Part shown: positions 19,209 through 28,834 of the stretch, one piece after another
Numbering within the stretch: position 1 is the stretch's first letter
How the letters are laid out: each line of letters opens with the position of its first letter
NCBI GenBank assembly: GCA_016193285.1
Contig: JACPSL010000018.1
Location: forward strand, 91,535 to 155,534
DNA: 64,000 nucleotides
Reading direction: 5' to 3'
Source: Candidatus Melainabacteria bacterium
GTDB lineage: Bacteria > Cyanobacteriota > Vampirovibrionia > 2-02-FULL-35-15
The notes under the pieces: model-generated
The model's input: only the letters and a program-made list of their open reading frames with translations
Told to the model about the DNA's origin: nothing
Databases searched by the model: none
Position numbers and translations under genes: made by a program

Positions 19209-20599
19209 AGATTAAACATATTTGGAGGGAGCTTATACCCCATTGCCTCAATTCTTTTTGAAAACACTGGTCTAATACCTGATGGTTTAAATATACCCTT
19301 TACTTTACTGTTTTCATCAACTCCTTTTTGCTCAAATGTAAAAATGTCTTGGGTTGTGATAACACCATTTTCCATGCCTGTTACTTCTGATATCTGGGTA
19401 ACCCTTCTTGAGCCGTCAGAAAATCTGTTTAACTGACAAATTAAATTTACTGCTGAAGCAATTTGTTCTCGGATTGCTCTTTGTGGCAATTCAATCCCAG
19501 ACATTAAACACATTGTTTCTAATCTGCTAAATGCATCACGGCTTGTGTTTGCATGTAATGTTCCCATACTGCCATCATGACCTGTATTCATTGCTTGTAA
19601 AAGATCAAGTGCTTCACCAGATCTAATTTCTCCTAAGATTATTCTTTCTGGTCTCATTCTAAGTGCATTTTTAACTAAGTCTCTTTGTGTAATTTCACCT
19701 TTTCCTTCTAAATTTGGTGGTCTTGTTTCAAGTCTAACTACATGATCTCTTTGAAGTTGTAATTCTGCAGCATCTTCAATAGTTACAACTCTTTCGTGAT
19801 TAGGTATGTATCTTGAAAGTGCATTTAAAAATGTTGTTTTCCCAGAACCAGTACCACCAGAAACAATAATATTTAACCTGCAAAGCACGCAAAGTTTTAA
19901 CATCTCACACATGTTTTCAGTCATTGCTCCAAACTTTATTAAATCTTCAAGCATGAATTTTTTCTCTGAGAATTTTCTAATTGATAAAGCTGCCCCATCT
20001 ATGGAAAGGGGCAGAACAATAGCATTAACTCTTGAACCATCTTTTAGCCTTGCATCTACCATTGGTGAGGATTCATCTACTCTCCTACCAACACCACTTA
20101 CAATGCGGCTTATAACTTTCATAAGATGAAACTCATCGTCAAATACAATATCTGTTTTTTCCAGCACTCCTTTTCTTTCTACATAAACTTTTTCAGGACC
20201 ATTTACTAAAATATCGTTTACAGTTGGATCTTTAAGCAGTGGTTCAATAGGACCTAGTCCTAAAATGTCATCTATTAATTCATCAATTAATTTTTTCCTG
20301 TCACTTAAACCTAAAGGAGTTCCTTCTTCCTGGAGTAAAGTATCAATTAAACTAATAATATTTTGTTTTGTAGATTCATCATTTAAGTTTGAATTTAATT
20401 TGCTTGTGTCTAACTCGTCGAGTAATTTACTATGTAATTTCTTTTTTAATTCCTTATAGCCACCTAAAAATTTAGAAGGAGTGGCAGAGGGCTTTTTTTG
20501 TGCTTGAGGACAAGCTTGTTCAGTGCCTGCATTTTCCTTTAAAGGTTCTTCTTTTTTTGAAAATATACTTTTTGAAAATTGTTGTCCTGGATTATTCAT
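19202..20599 (-). CDS. tadA: Tad ATPase TadA/CpaF
   Basis: GLGPIEPLL, GGTGSGKTT, ALRMRPERIILGEIR, AMNTGHDGS. Confidence 0.96.
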   Translation of the reverse strand: MNNPGQQFSKSIFSKKEEPLKENAGTEQACPQAQKKPSATPSKFLGGYKELKKKLHSKLLDELDTSKLNSNLNDESTKQNIISLIDTLLQEEGTPLGLSDRKKLIDELIDDILGLGPIEPLLKDPTVNDILVNGPEKVYVERKGVLEKTDIVFDDEFHLMKVISRIVSGVGRRVDESSPMVDARLKDGSRVNAIVLPLSIDGAALSIRKFSEKKFMLEDLIKFGAMTENMCEMLKLCVLCRLNIIVSGGTGSGKTTFLNALSRYIPNHERVVTIEDAAELQLQRDHVVRLETRPPNLEGKGEITQRDLVKNALRMRPERIILGEIRSGEALDLLQAMNTGHDGSMGTLHANTSRDAFSRLETMCLMSGIELPQRAIREQIASAVNLICQLNRFSDGSRRVTQISEVTGMENGVITTQDIFTFEQKGVDENSKVKGIFKPSGIRPVFSKRIEAMGYKLPPNMFNLC

Positions 20600-20602
20600 T
20601 TT

Positions 20603-21802
20603 TTAAAACCAATTTAAAATTCCTTTCTTTTTAATACTTTTTTCTTCAGTGCTTGAAATATGTTTGCTTGGAGCTTCAGAATCTCCTTCTGGTATTTCTG
20701 ATTTTGAAATTTTTCCTGCTAGAATTTTATAAGATGTTGCAAGCGGGGAATTAGGAGAAAATTCTAAAATAGGTCTTCCATAATTTGATGCTTCAACACA
20801 TAACTGCCAGTCATTTGGCAAGGCATGGTAAATGCTGTGATCAAGTTGCTTCTGAACTAAGGCAGGTTCTAAACTTCCAATGTACCAATCCTGCCTATTA
20901 ATTACAGGTTTAATTTTATTGTCAAAGGTGCCAAGCTCTTTTAAAATCTGAATAAAAATTCTATTGTCTCTAATAGCTAAAAGATCAAATGTCGTAAGTA
21001 AGAGCAAGTCATTAGATTTTTGAATAAAAAACATGGATATTTCATCAAGCATTCGTGCAGAAGTATCAATTAAAATAAAGTCATAAGTTTCAGAAGCAAT
21101 TTCTATTAAATGTTCTAAGCCAGAAGCAGTTATTTCGTTGTAATCACTGGTTTTAATCAGGCCACCTATAAGTGCTAGGTTTTTCCCAATAGTGCTTACA
21201 GCATTTGTAAGATAATGTTCATCCAGGCTTTTATCTTGTTTACAAATATCAACAAGTGTACACTTTGGAATTGTGTTTAATAAAACGGTTACATGATTAG
21301 AAAATCCTGCAGCATCAATGATTAATGTTTTTTTCTGGTAAGTGTTTGCAAGTGCATAACTAAGATTTACTGTTGTAGTACTTACACCTGTACCACCTTT
21401 GTAACTAAGTAAAGTAATAACCTTGGCTGTCTTTCTTGTAGGCATATGACCTTTAGGTGCTGTATTTAAACGATCTAAACAAGAAATGAGTTCAAATCTT
21501 TTAAATGGTTTAACTAAAAATCCAACTGCACCAAGTTTAATTGCTTCAATTGCTAAATCTGCATCTTTAAAATCTGAGACTATTAAGAAATGCTTCCCGA
21601 CTAAATTTGATGAATAGTCAGCAAGAATATTGTGAGCATTTGTTTGGTTTCCTGAAAAATCTAAAATTATTAAGTTACAACCTGGCAGTTCTTGATAATC
21701 CTTGACTAAGGATATCTCTAATTGGCCTTCCCATACATTGGATATGGTTTCTTCCCAATATTTTTGTTCGTTTTGTTGTGTTATAACTAGTATTTTAAGC
21801 AT
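20603..21802 (-). CDS. cpaE: TadZ/CpaE (receiver-like domain plus MinD-like ATPase)
   Basis: AIKLGAVGFLVKPF receiver pattern; deviant Walker A KGGTGVST; ASNYGRP. Confidence 0.88.
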   Translation of the reverse strand: MLKILVITQQNEQKYWEETISNVWEGQLEISLVKDYQELPGCNLIILDFSGNQTNAHNILADYSSNLVGKHFLIVSDFKDADLAIEAIKLGAVGFLVKPFKRFELISCLDRLNTAPKGHMPTRKTAKVITLLSYKGGTGVSTTTVNLSYALANTYQKKTLIIDAAGFSNHVTVLLNTIPKCTLVDICKQDKSLDEHYLTNAVSTIGKNLALIGGLIKTSDYNEITASGLEHLIEIASETYDFILIDTSARMLDEISMFFIQKSNDLLLLTTFDLLAIRDNRIFIQILKELGTFDNKIKPVINRQDWYIGSLEPALVQKQLDHSIYHALPNDWQLCVEASNYGRPILEFSPNSPLATSYKILAGKISKSEIPEGDSEAPSKHISSTEEKSIKKKGILNWF

Positions 21803-21892
21803 ATATTAATTAGTGGGCAATATATAGTAATGTGCCCTCTAAAGTTCAACTGCTAACAACCAAGGGAAATAGTGGGTTAACCCTACGTCATA

Positions 21893-22960
21893 ATGACTAT
21901 GTTAAAAATTTTCTTTACTTTATCTTTAATTTTTCTACTTCAGTTAACTTGTTTTGCAAATACTTCTTCTCCTCTATTTAGAGGATATATTGTAAACAAA
22001 ACATTAATTCCAATGAAACTTAAGATATATGAAATTGATAAGGATTCATATTATTTAGCAGAGAGAAATTTTGATGACAATTCAATTGTACCGGTTTTAA
22101 ATTTAAAAGTTACTGTTGAAAACAAGGAGGATTATAACTTAGCTTTTGAAGATTATAAAATATTTATTCCAGAGTCAACAAAACTTATTGGACATATAAG
22201 TGAAATTATTCCTCCTAAAAGCTTTGACAGAAAAGGTTTTTACAAAGTTACTTTTAATAAAGCAATTTGTCCTAGTGGACAGACAATTTATCTGATGTCA
22301 GATATAGTTTCTGGCGAATTAACAAAAACATATAATCCTTTACATCATTTAGGAAAAAGTACTTTAAGTTTACTTGGTGGTTCACTTGCAGGAGCATTAT
22401 TTTCATACCAGCTTGGTGGATTAGGTTTAATAGTAGCAACTCATGGTTATTCACTTGCAGCAGGTGCAGGAATCGGTGGGTTGTTTGCTACAGTTGGTGG
22501 TTTTACAAGTAGCGGAAAAAGTGCAACTATAGAACCTGGTAATGAACTAACATTAACTCCTCTTGATGAAGTAAGTTTAGAACAATTAAAACAAGTTACA
22601 TGTCTAAAAGATCAAGTTTCCCAAACAGCTGACAAGTCTGAACTTAGTCTTGAGATTTTAAAAGTCAAACAAAAAAAAGATATTATGGGAGATAAGATTC
22701 TTAAAATAACTGTTAAAGTTATAAATAATTCAGATGAGAAATATAGACTAAGTAATTTTTACTTAAAGGACTCACAAGGGAAAGAATATTCACCTACGTT
22801 TGTTGATTTAAATGATGATATGTTTATTGACTTTCCTCCAAAACTAACTAAAATAGCTAAACTTAATTTTTTTGTAGATTATCCTAAGGCTACACACTGG
22901 CTTGTTTTAAAAAATGGGACTTTTAGTAAGGAGCTTGGTTCTTGGAAAGTAATTGACTGA
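21893..22960 (+). CDS. exported protein with TrbI/VirB10-like beta domain, glycine-zipper hairpin and C-terminal Ig-like (DUF4352-like) domain
   Basis: IPESTKLIGHI..., GGSLAGA...AAGAGIGG, F.LKDSQGKEY; paralog of 45063-46148. Confidence 0.55.
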   Translation: MTMLKIFFTLSLIFLLQLTCFANTSSPLFRGYIVNKTLIPMKLKIYEIDKDSYYLAERNFDDNSIVPVLNLKVTVENKEDYNLAFEDYKIFIPESTKLIGHISEIIPPKSFDRKGFYKVTFNKAICPSGQTIYLMSDIVSGELTKTYNPLHHLGKSTLSLLGGSLAGALFSYQLGGLGLIVATHGYSLAAGAGIGGLFATVGGFTSSGKSATIEPGNELTLTPLDEVSLEQLKQVTCLKDQVSQTADKSELSLEILKVKQKKDIMGDKILKITVKVINNSDEKYRLSNFYLKDSQGKEYSPTFVDLNDDMFIDFPPKLTKIAKLNFFVDYPKATHWLVLKNGTFSKELGSWKVID

Positions 22961-23881
22961 AGTTGCTAAGTACCATTCATATGTTTTTTTTAGTCCAGTT
23001 TTTAAGTTAGTTTTTGCTTTCCATCCTAGTTTGTTTAGTTTTGTGGTGTCTAAAAGTTTTCTTGGAGTTCCATCTGGCATGGATATGTCAAATTGTAAGT
23101 CTCCTTTATAATCAATCACTTCACATATTAGTTTAGCTAGTTGTTTAATTGAATATTCTTCACTAGAACCAATATTTATAATTTCATTTTCTGAATAATT
23201 TCTTATAATAAATATACATGCATTTGCTAAGTCATCCACGTATAAAAATTCTCTGAGTGGCTTACCACTACCCCAAATAGTTACCTCATTAGAGTTTAAT
23301 ACTTTTGCTTTATGGATCCTTTCAATTAAAGCAGGAATTACATGATTGTTTTTACTATCATATTTATCACCAATGCCGTATAGATTTGCTGGCATTACTG
23401 AAACAAAATTTGTTTTATATTGCTTGTTATAACTTTGACACATAATTATCCCTGCGATTTTTGCAATTGCATAAGATTCATTTGTAGATTCTAATTTACT
23501 TGTTAATAAATATTCTTCTTTTATTGGCTGAGGACAATCTCTTGGATAAATACAAGAAGAACCTAAGAATAAAAGTTTTTTAACTTTATTTAAATATGAA
23601 TTGTGGATTATATTATTTTGGATTTGTAGGTTTTCATAAATAAACTCTGCTGGATAAGTACTGTTTGCATATATTCCACCAACCTTTGCAGCAGCTAATA
23701 TTACATATTCAGGTTTTTCATCCTTAAAGAAAGAAAATACTTTTTTGTAATCTAAAAGTTCTAATTCTTCATGAGTTTTTGTTATTAAATTTTTATATCC
23801 TTGGTTTTTTAATTCCCTTATAATTGCAGAACCTACTAAACCAGTATGTCCAGCTACATAAATTTTTGATTTTCTTTCCAT
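22907..23881 (-). CDS. fcl: GDP-L-fucose synthase
   Basis: AGHTGLVGSAI, AAAKVGGI, FLGSSCIYP, YAIAKIAG, PDGTPRKLLD. Confidence 0.96.
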   Translation of the reverse strand: MERKSKIYVAGHTGLVGSAIIRELKNQGYKNLITKTHEELELLDYKKVFSFFKDEKPEYVILAAAKVGGIYANSTYPAEFIYENLQIQNNIIHNSYLNKVKKLLFLGSSCIYPRDCPQPIKEEYLLTSKLESTNESYAIAKIAGIIMCQSYNKQYKTNFVSVMPANLYGIGDKYDSKNNHVIPALIERIHKAKVLNSNEVTIWGSGKPLREFLYVDDLANACIFIIRNYSENEIINIGSSEEYSIKQLAKLICEVIDYKGDLQFDISMPDGTPRKLLDTTKLNKLGWKAKTNLKTGLKKTYEWYLATSVNYFPRTKLLTKSPIF

Positions 23882-25011
23882 TAGTTACTGTATATGGGTT
23901 CTTTAAAGCTGCCTTCTTTTAAGTAAATTGATTGTTTGGCTTGTTCTAAATCATGTTTAACCATTTCCTTTATTAATGAATTAAGATCATATTCTCTTTT
24001 CCAGCCTAATTCTTTTTCTGCAAGTATAGAATCTCCCTTTAAGATATCTGTCTCAGTAGGTCTAAAATATCTTGAATCAACTTCAATAAGTACATCTCCC
24101 TTTTTATATCTTGATAATATAGGAAGAAGTGTTACATTAGTAAAGTCTTTTATCTTTCCTTTTGTTTCAAGTCCTTTTCCTGTCCATTCAATAATTATTC
24201 CAACTTCCTTAAATGCTAACTCAACAAATTCTCTAACTGATGTTGTAGTTCCTGTAGCTAGTACATAGTCTCTGGGCTCCTTTTGCTGAAGCATTAACCA
24301 CATGCCATATACATAATCTTTAGTATGTCCCCAGTCACGCTTGGCATCTAAGTTTCCAAGATAAATTTTATCTTCAATACCTAATGCGATTTTGCTTACT
24401 CCCCTTGTAATTTTTCTACTTACAAATGTTTCACCTCTAAGTGGTGATTCATGATTAAAAAGAATTCCATTACAAGCAAAAATATCATAAGCTTCCCTGT
24501 AATTGACTGTAATCCAGTAAGCAAAAACTTTTGAAGCAGCATACGGGGATCTTGGATAAAAAGGAGTATTTTCATTCTGAGGAATTTCCTGAGCTAAGCC
24601 AAACATCTCGGAAGAAGAAGCCTGGTAAAACTTAATTTTTTTTTCTAACTTTAAGGTTCTAATTGCTTCTAAAATTCTTAAAGTACCAAGTGCATCAACA
24701 TTTGCAGTGTATTCTGGATTTTCAAATGAAACCTGTACGTGGCTTTGAGCTCCTAGATTATAAATTTCATCTGGTTCAATTTTTTGGACAAGATGAACAA
24801 TGCTTGTTGAATCGGTAAGATCGCCATAATGTAAAAAAAAACGACAATCTGGTATGTGTGGGTCTTGATACAAGTGATCAATTCTACTTGTATTAAATGT
24901 AGATGCTCTTCGTTTAATACCATGTACTATATAACCTTTTTTTAAAAGTAGTTCTGATAAGTAAGTTCCATCTTGTCCGGTAATTCCAGTAATCAAAGCT
25001 TTTTTTGACAT
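23881..25011 (-). CDS. gmd: GDP-mannose 4,6-dehydratase
   Basis: [30 protein letters not shown]. Confidence 0.97.
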   Translation of the reverse strand: MSKKALITGITGQDGTYLSELLLKKGYIVHGIKRRASTFNTSRIDHLYQDPHIPDCRFFLHYGDLTDSTSIVHLVQKIEPDEIYNLGAQSHVQVSFENPEYTANVDALGTLRILEAIRTLKLEKKIKFYQASSSEMFGLAQEIPQNENTPFYPRSPYAASKVFAYWITVNYREAYDIFACNGILFNHESPLRGETFVSRKITRGVSKIALGIEDKIYLGNLDAKRDWGHTKDYVYGMWLMLQQKEPRDYVLATGTTTSVREFVELAFKEVGIIIEWTGKGLETKGKIKDFTNVTLLPILSRYKKGDVLIEVDSRYFRPTETDILKGDSILAEKELGWKREYDLNSLIKEMVKHDLEQAKQSIYLKEGSFKEPIYSN

Positions 25012-25092
25012 ATCTTTTCCATTATATTACATAAGTAAAATCTTTATTAATTGACTTTACCTTTAAGTAATATTGTAAAATCATTTTTGCAA

Positions 25093-26679
25093 ATGCCAAA
25101 AGTATTAGTCACAGATAAATTAAACGAAGCAGGTCTGGAAATTTTGAAACAAGTTTCTGAAGTTGTATATAAGCCAGGAATTTCAGTTCTTGAATTAAAA
25201 CAAATAATTAAAGATTACAATGCTCTTTTAGTTCGTAGTCAGACAACAGTTACTAAAGAAATTATTGATTCTTGTTCTTCTAGTATGCAAATAATTGGAA
25301 GAGCAGGAGTTGGTGTTGACAATATTGATTTAGATGCAGCAACAAAAAAAGGAATTATTGTAGTAAATTCTCCTGAGGGTAATACTACAAGTGCAGCAGA
25401 ACACACAATTGCAATGATGATGTCCTTAGCTAGATTAATTCCACCTGCAGATGCCTCAATGAAAAAAAATGAATGGAAGAGAACAAGTTTTTTAGGATTT
25501 GAAATATTTAACAAGGTTCTTGGTGTTGTAGGTCTTGGAAAAATTGGAGCTAGAGTAGCAAAAATTGCACAGTCAATGGGAATGAAAATAATTGCTTATG
25601 ATCCATATGTAAGTCAAGAATTTGCATCACAACATAGGTTTGAACTTGTTAGCATTAATGATATTTGGGAAAGAGCAGACATTATTACTTTCCATGTTCC
25701 AAAAACTCAAGAGACAACAAATCTTCTTAATAAGGAAACACTAAAAAAATGTAAAAAAGGTGTGAGGATAATTAATTGTGCCCGTGGGGGTATTGTAAAT
25801 GAAGAAGCAATAACTGAGGCAATTCAATCAGGGCATGTAGCTGGTGCTGCTTTTGATGTGTTTAATGAAGAACCTGTTAAAAATAGTCCTCTTCTTTCAC
25901 TTGGTGACAAAATTGTTTTAACACCACATCTTGGTGCAAGTACTGAAGAAGCTCAATTAAATGTTGCATTAGATGTTGCAGAACAAATTAGGGATGTTTT
26001 AACAGGTGGCTATGCAAGAAGTGCTGTTAATTTACCTGCAATGAAACCTGAAATAATTGCTGAAGTTAAGCCATTTATGAAGTTGGCTAATTGGTTAGGA
26101 ACAATTGCAGCACAACTTATAGATGGTAAAGTTCAGGAAATTCAAATTGAGGCTAGAGGTGAACTTGCTAAGAAAAATATAGACCCATTAAATATTTCAA
26201 TTATAAAAGGTGTTTTAGCTTGTAGCATTGAAGGGGTAAATTTTGTAAATGCTCCATTAATTGCTAAAGCAAGAGGAGTAAAAATTACTGAATCAAAATC
26301 ATTTGACTCAAGAGATTATGTAGAAGAGTTAAAAGTTACTTTAAAAACAGAAAAGAGAGTTAAAGTTGTCTCTGGAACACTCTTGGCACAAGGTGTTCCT
26401 GCAATTGTACAGATTGATAATTATTCAATGAATGCAACACCTGCAGAACATATGCTTTTAACACAGCACCAAGATAAGCCTGGAATGATTGCTCAAGTTT
26501 CAACTATTCTTTGGCAAGGAAACATAAATATAAGTTCAATGCATGTAGGTAGAAAAGGCCCAAGAGAAATGTCAGTAATGATATTAAACTTAGACGATCC
26601 ACTTCCAGAAGAACTTGTAAAAAAAGTGGGGAAGATAGAAGGAGTCTTGGAAGCTAGATACATTAAACTGATTACTTAG
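25093..26679 (+). CDS. serA: D-3-phosphoglycerate dehydrogenase (ASB plus ACT type)
   Basis: GRAGVGVDNID, AAEHT, TPHLGASTEEAQ, C-terminal ACT domain; likely start at ATG 25093. Confidence 0.96.
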   Translation: MPKVLVTDKLNEAGLEILKQVSEVVYKPGISVLELKQIIKDYNALLVRSQTTVTKEIIDSCSSSMQIIGRAGVGVDNIDLDAATKKGIIVVNSPEGNTTSAAEHTIAMMMSLARLIPPADASMKKNEWKRTSFLGFEIFNKVLGVVGLGKIGARVAKIAQSMGMKIIAYDPYVSQEFASQHRFELVSINDIWERADIITFHVPKTQETTNLLNKETLKKCKKGVRIINCARGGIVNEEAITEAIQSGHVAGAAFDVFNEEPVKNSPLLSLGDKIVLTPHLGASTEEAQLNVALDVAEQIRDVLTGGYARSAVNLPAMKPEIIAEVKPFMKLANWLGTIAAQLIDGKVQEIQIEARGELAKKNIDPLNISIIKGVLACSIEGVNFVNAPLIAKARGVKITESKSFDSRDYVEELKVTLKTEKRVKVVSGTLLAQGVPAIVQIDNYSMNATPAEHMLLTQHQDKPGMIAQVSTILWQGNINISSMHVGRKGPREMSVMILNLDDPLPEELVKKVGKIEGVLEARYIKLIT

Positions 26680-26725
26680 CATTAATACATAATATTTCAT
26701 TTTTGGATGCTAAAATAAAAAAACT

Positions 26726-27190
26726 ATGTCAAATATAAAACTCTTACTTAAAGAAAAAGTAGATAAACTTGGGGACATTGGAGAAATTGTTTCAGTTAAA
26801 CCTGGTTATGCGAGGAATTTCTTGCTGCCTAATGGTTTAGCAGCTATTCCAACACTTGGTGAAATAAAAGCAATGCAAAGAAAGAAAGAATTACTAGAAA
26901 AGCAATATAAAGAAGAAAAATTAACAGCAGAAGAGTTAGCTAAAAAGATTAGTGAATATCCGTCGCTTAGTATAGTTGCATCTAGTGGTGCAGCTGGAAA
27001 ACTTTTCGGGAGGATTACACCGAAAGACATTGCAGAAAAATTGACCAGTCTTATTGGGGAAAATATAGACAGAAAACAAGTACTCTTAAAAAGATCAATC
27101 AGTGAACTTGGTGAATATGAAATTAAATTAAAACTTCATGGTGAAGTTATAACTCAGATTAAACTTATAGTTAAAAAAGAAGATGTCTAA
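26726..27190 (+). CDS. rplI: 50S ribosomal protein L9
   Basis: LGDIGEIVSVKPGYARNFLLP; GKLFG. Confidence 0.97.
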   Translation: MSNIKLLLKEKVDKLGDIGEIVSVKPGYARNFLLPNGLAAIPTLGEIKAMQRKKELLEKQYKEEKLTAEELAKKISEYPSLSIVASSGAAGKLFGRITPKDIAEKLTSLIGENIDRKQVLLKRSISELGEYEIKLKLHGEVITQIKLIVKKEDV

Positions 27191-27515
27191 AAAGCTCTCA
27201 ATTTTAAAAAAAATGTTTTTATTGATACTTCTCTTGAATTTATTAATTGGTCTGGCCAAGGGAGCAAGTGCTGAAAATAGTCTAAAAGGCGAAAGATTGT
27301 TTAAGGCTAATTGTAGTGGTTGTCATTTAAATGGGCAAAATCTAATAAGACCAGAAAAACCTATAATAGGTTCTTTAAAGCTTCAATCAAAAAAGACGTT
27401 TAAAGCTTTTATAGAAAATCCACCACCACCAATGCCAAAGTTTAAAAACATTGCAGATAAACCTGTACAATTAGATGCTTTATACAAATATGTAACTTCA
27501 CTTAAAGGCCAATAA
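27183..27515 (+). CDS. cytochrome c6-like monoheme c-type cytochrome
   Basis: Signal peptide; GERLFKANCSGCHLNGQNLIRPEK; axial Met in MPKF. Confidence 0.85.
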   Translation: MSKKLSILKKMFLLILLLNLLIGLAKGASAENSLKGERLFKANCSGCHLNGQNLIRPEKPIIGSLKLQSKKTFKAFIENPPPPMPKFKNIADKPVQLDALYKYVTSLKGQ

Positions 27516-27517
27516 AG

Positions 27518-28129
27518 ATGTCATTTGTTACTTTTGAAGGAATTGATTGTTCTGGCAAAACCACTCAGATAAATCTTTTAAAAAAATATTTTCAAAATAA
27601 TCAAGATGTAATTTTTACATCTAACCCGGGTGAAACCCAACTTGGAAAAGAGCTAAGGAAGATTCTTTTACACAGATCAGATCTTAAACTTTCTGAAATA
27701 AATGAAATGTTTTTATTTTTTTCTGGTATTCAGGATAATTATGAAAAAATAATTTTACCTGCCTTGTCAAAAAATCAAACTGTATTTTGTGACAGATATT
27801 ATGATTCAACAATTGCATATCAAGGTTTTGGAAGGCGTCTTGATATGAATAAAATCATAAAATTAGTTGAAGTAACTGCTCTTCCTGAACCCAACTTAAC
27901 TTTTTTATTTAGAATTGATTTTGATATTTTTTTAAAGCGATCAGAAAACAAGTCTTCAAAAGATAAAATGGAAAATTCTAAAAATCAATTTTATAAGAAT
28001 GTAATTAATGGTTATGATGAATTATCAAAAATATATAAGAACAGATATGTAGTGTTAGATGGCTCAAAAGCTGTAGAAATATTGCATGGTGAGATAAAAG
28101 AAGTACTAAAAGAAAGATTAGGTGTTTGA
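27518..28129 (+). CDS. tmk: thymidylate kinase
   Basis: FVTFEGIDCSGKTTQ; CDRYYDSTIAYQG. Confidence 0.95.
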   Translation: MSFVTFEGIDCSGKTTQINLLKKYFQNNQDVIFTSNPGETQLGKELRKILLHRSDLKLSEINEMFLFFSGIQDNYEKIILPALSKNQTVFCDRYYDSTIAYQGFGRRLDMNKIIKLVEVTALPEPNLTFLFRIDFDIFLKRSENKSSKDKMENSKNQFYKNVINGYDELSKIYKNRYVVLDGSKAVEILHGEIKEVLKERLGV

Positions 28130-28145
28130 TAGAATGCTATGGAAT

Positions 28146-28217
28146 GCCGAAGTAGCTCAATGGCAGAGCAACGGTTTTGTAAACCGTAGGTTGTCAGTTC
28201 GAATCTGATCTTCGGCT
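28146..28217 (+). tRNA. tRNA-Thr(TGT)
   Basis: GCCGAAGTAGCTCAATGG...ACGGT-TT-TGT-AA-ACCGT...GTTCGAATC...CTTCGGCT. Confidence 0.95.
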
Positions 28218-28273
28218 TGGTACAAAGCAAAGGCTTGTCCGAGAGTATGACTCAATAAGAAAGGAGAAAGAAT

Positions 28274-28834
28274 TTGAGATTTGAAAGATTTGAAAGAAGA
28301 CCTTATAGAGAGCTGCCAATGATTAATGAAAGGATTAGAGCAAGAGAGGTTCGCTTAATATCTGAAACAGGTGAGATGTTAGGCATAATGCCAACAATGC
28401 AAGCAGTAAAAATTGCAAAAGAAAGAGGTTACGATCTTGTATTAGTTAGCGGGCAAGAGGGTCAAACGCCAGTTGCAAAAATAGTAGACTATGGGAAATT
28501 TAAATTTGAAGCTGAAAAAAAAGCACGTGAGGCAAGAAAAAAACAACACATTGTTGATGTGAAAGAAATTAAAATGAGTTACAAGATAGAAAAACATGAC
28601 TACCTGGTAAATGTAAGAAAGGCAGAAAGATTTTTAACTCATAACAAAGATAAGGTAAAAGTTACTGTTACATTACGTGGCAGAGAAATGGAACATAAGA
28701 ATCTAGCTATTGATTTATTAAATAGATTTGTTACAGATATCTCTGTTTGGGGTGCTCCTGAAAAACCTGTAAAAATGGAAGGTAGAACAGCGCTAGTAAT
28801 CATAACTCCAGTACAACATACACACAAAAAATAA
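28274..28834 (+). CDS. infC: translation initiation factor IF-3
   Basis: INERIRAREVRLI, DYGKFKFE, VKEIK, DKVKV..RGRE; AAGGAG SD before a TTG start. Confidence 0.96.
   Translation: MRFERFERRPYRELPMINERIRAREVRLISETGEMLGIMPTMQAVKIAKERGYDLVLVSGQEGQTPVAKIVDYGKFKFEAEKKAREARKKQHIVDVKEIKMSYKIEKHDYLVNVRKAERFLTHNKDKVKVTVTLRGREMEHKNLAIDLLNRFVTDISVWGAPEKPVKMEGRTALVIITPVQHTHKK

Noticed and set aside
15414..20459. Several plus-strand ORFs within the Tad genes, and similar short antisense ORFs elsewhere
   Set aside because: Antisense shadows of well-supported genes with no motifs of their own
28012..28230. Minus-strand 72-aa ORF
   Set aside because: Antisense to tRNA-Thr and tmk; a typical tRNA shadow ORF
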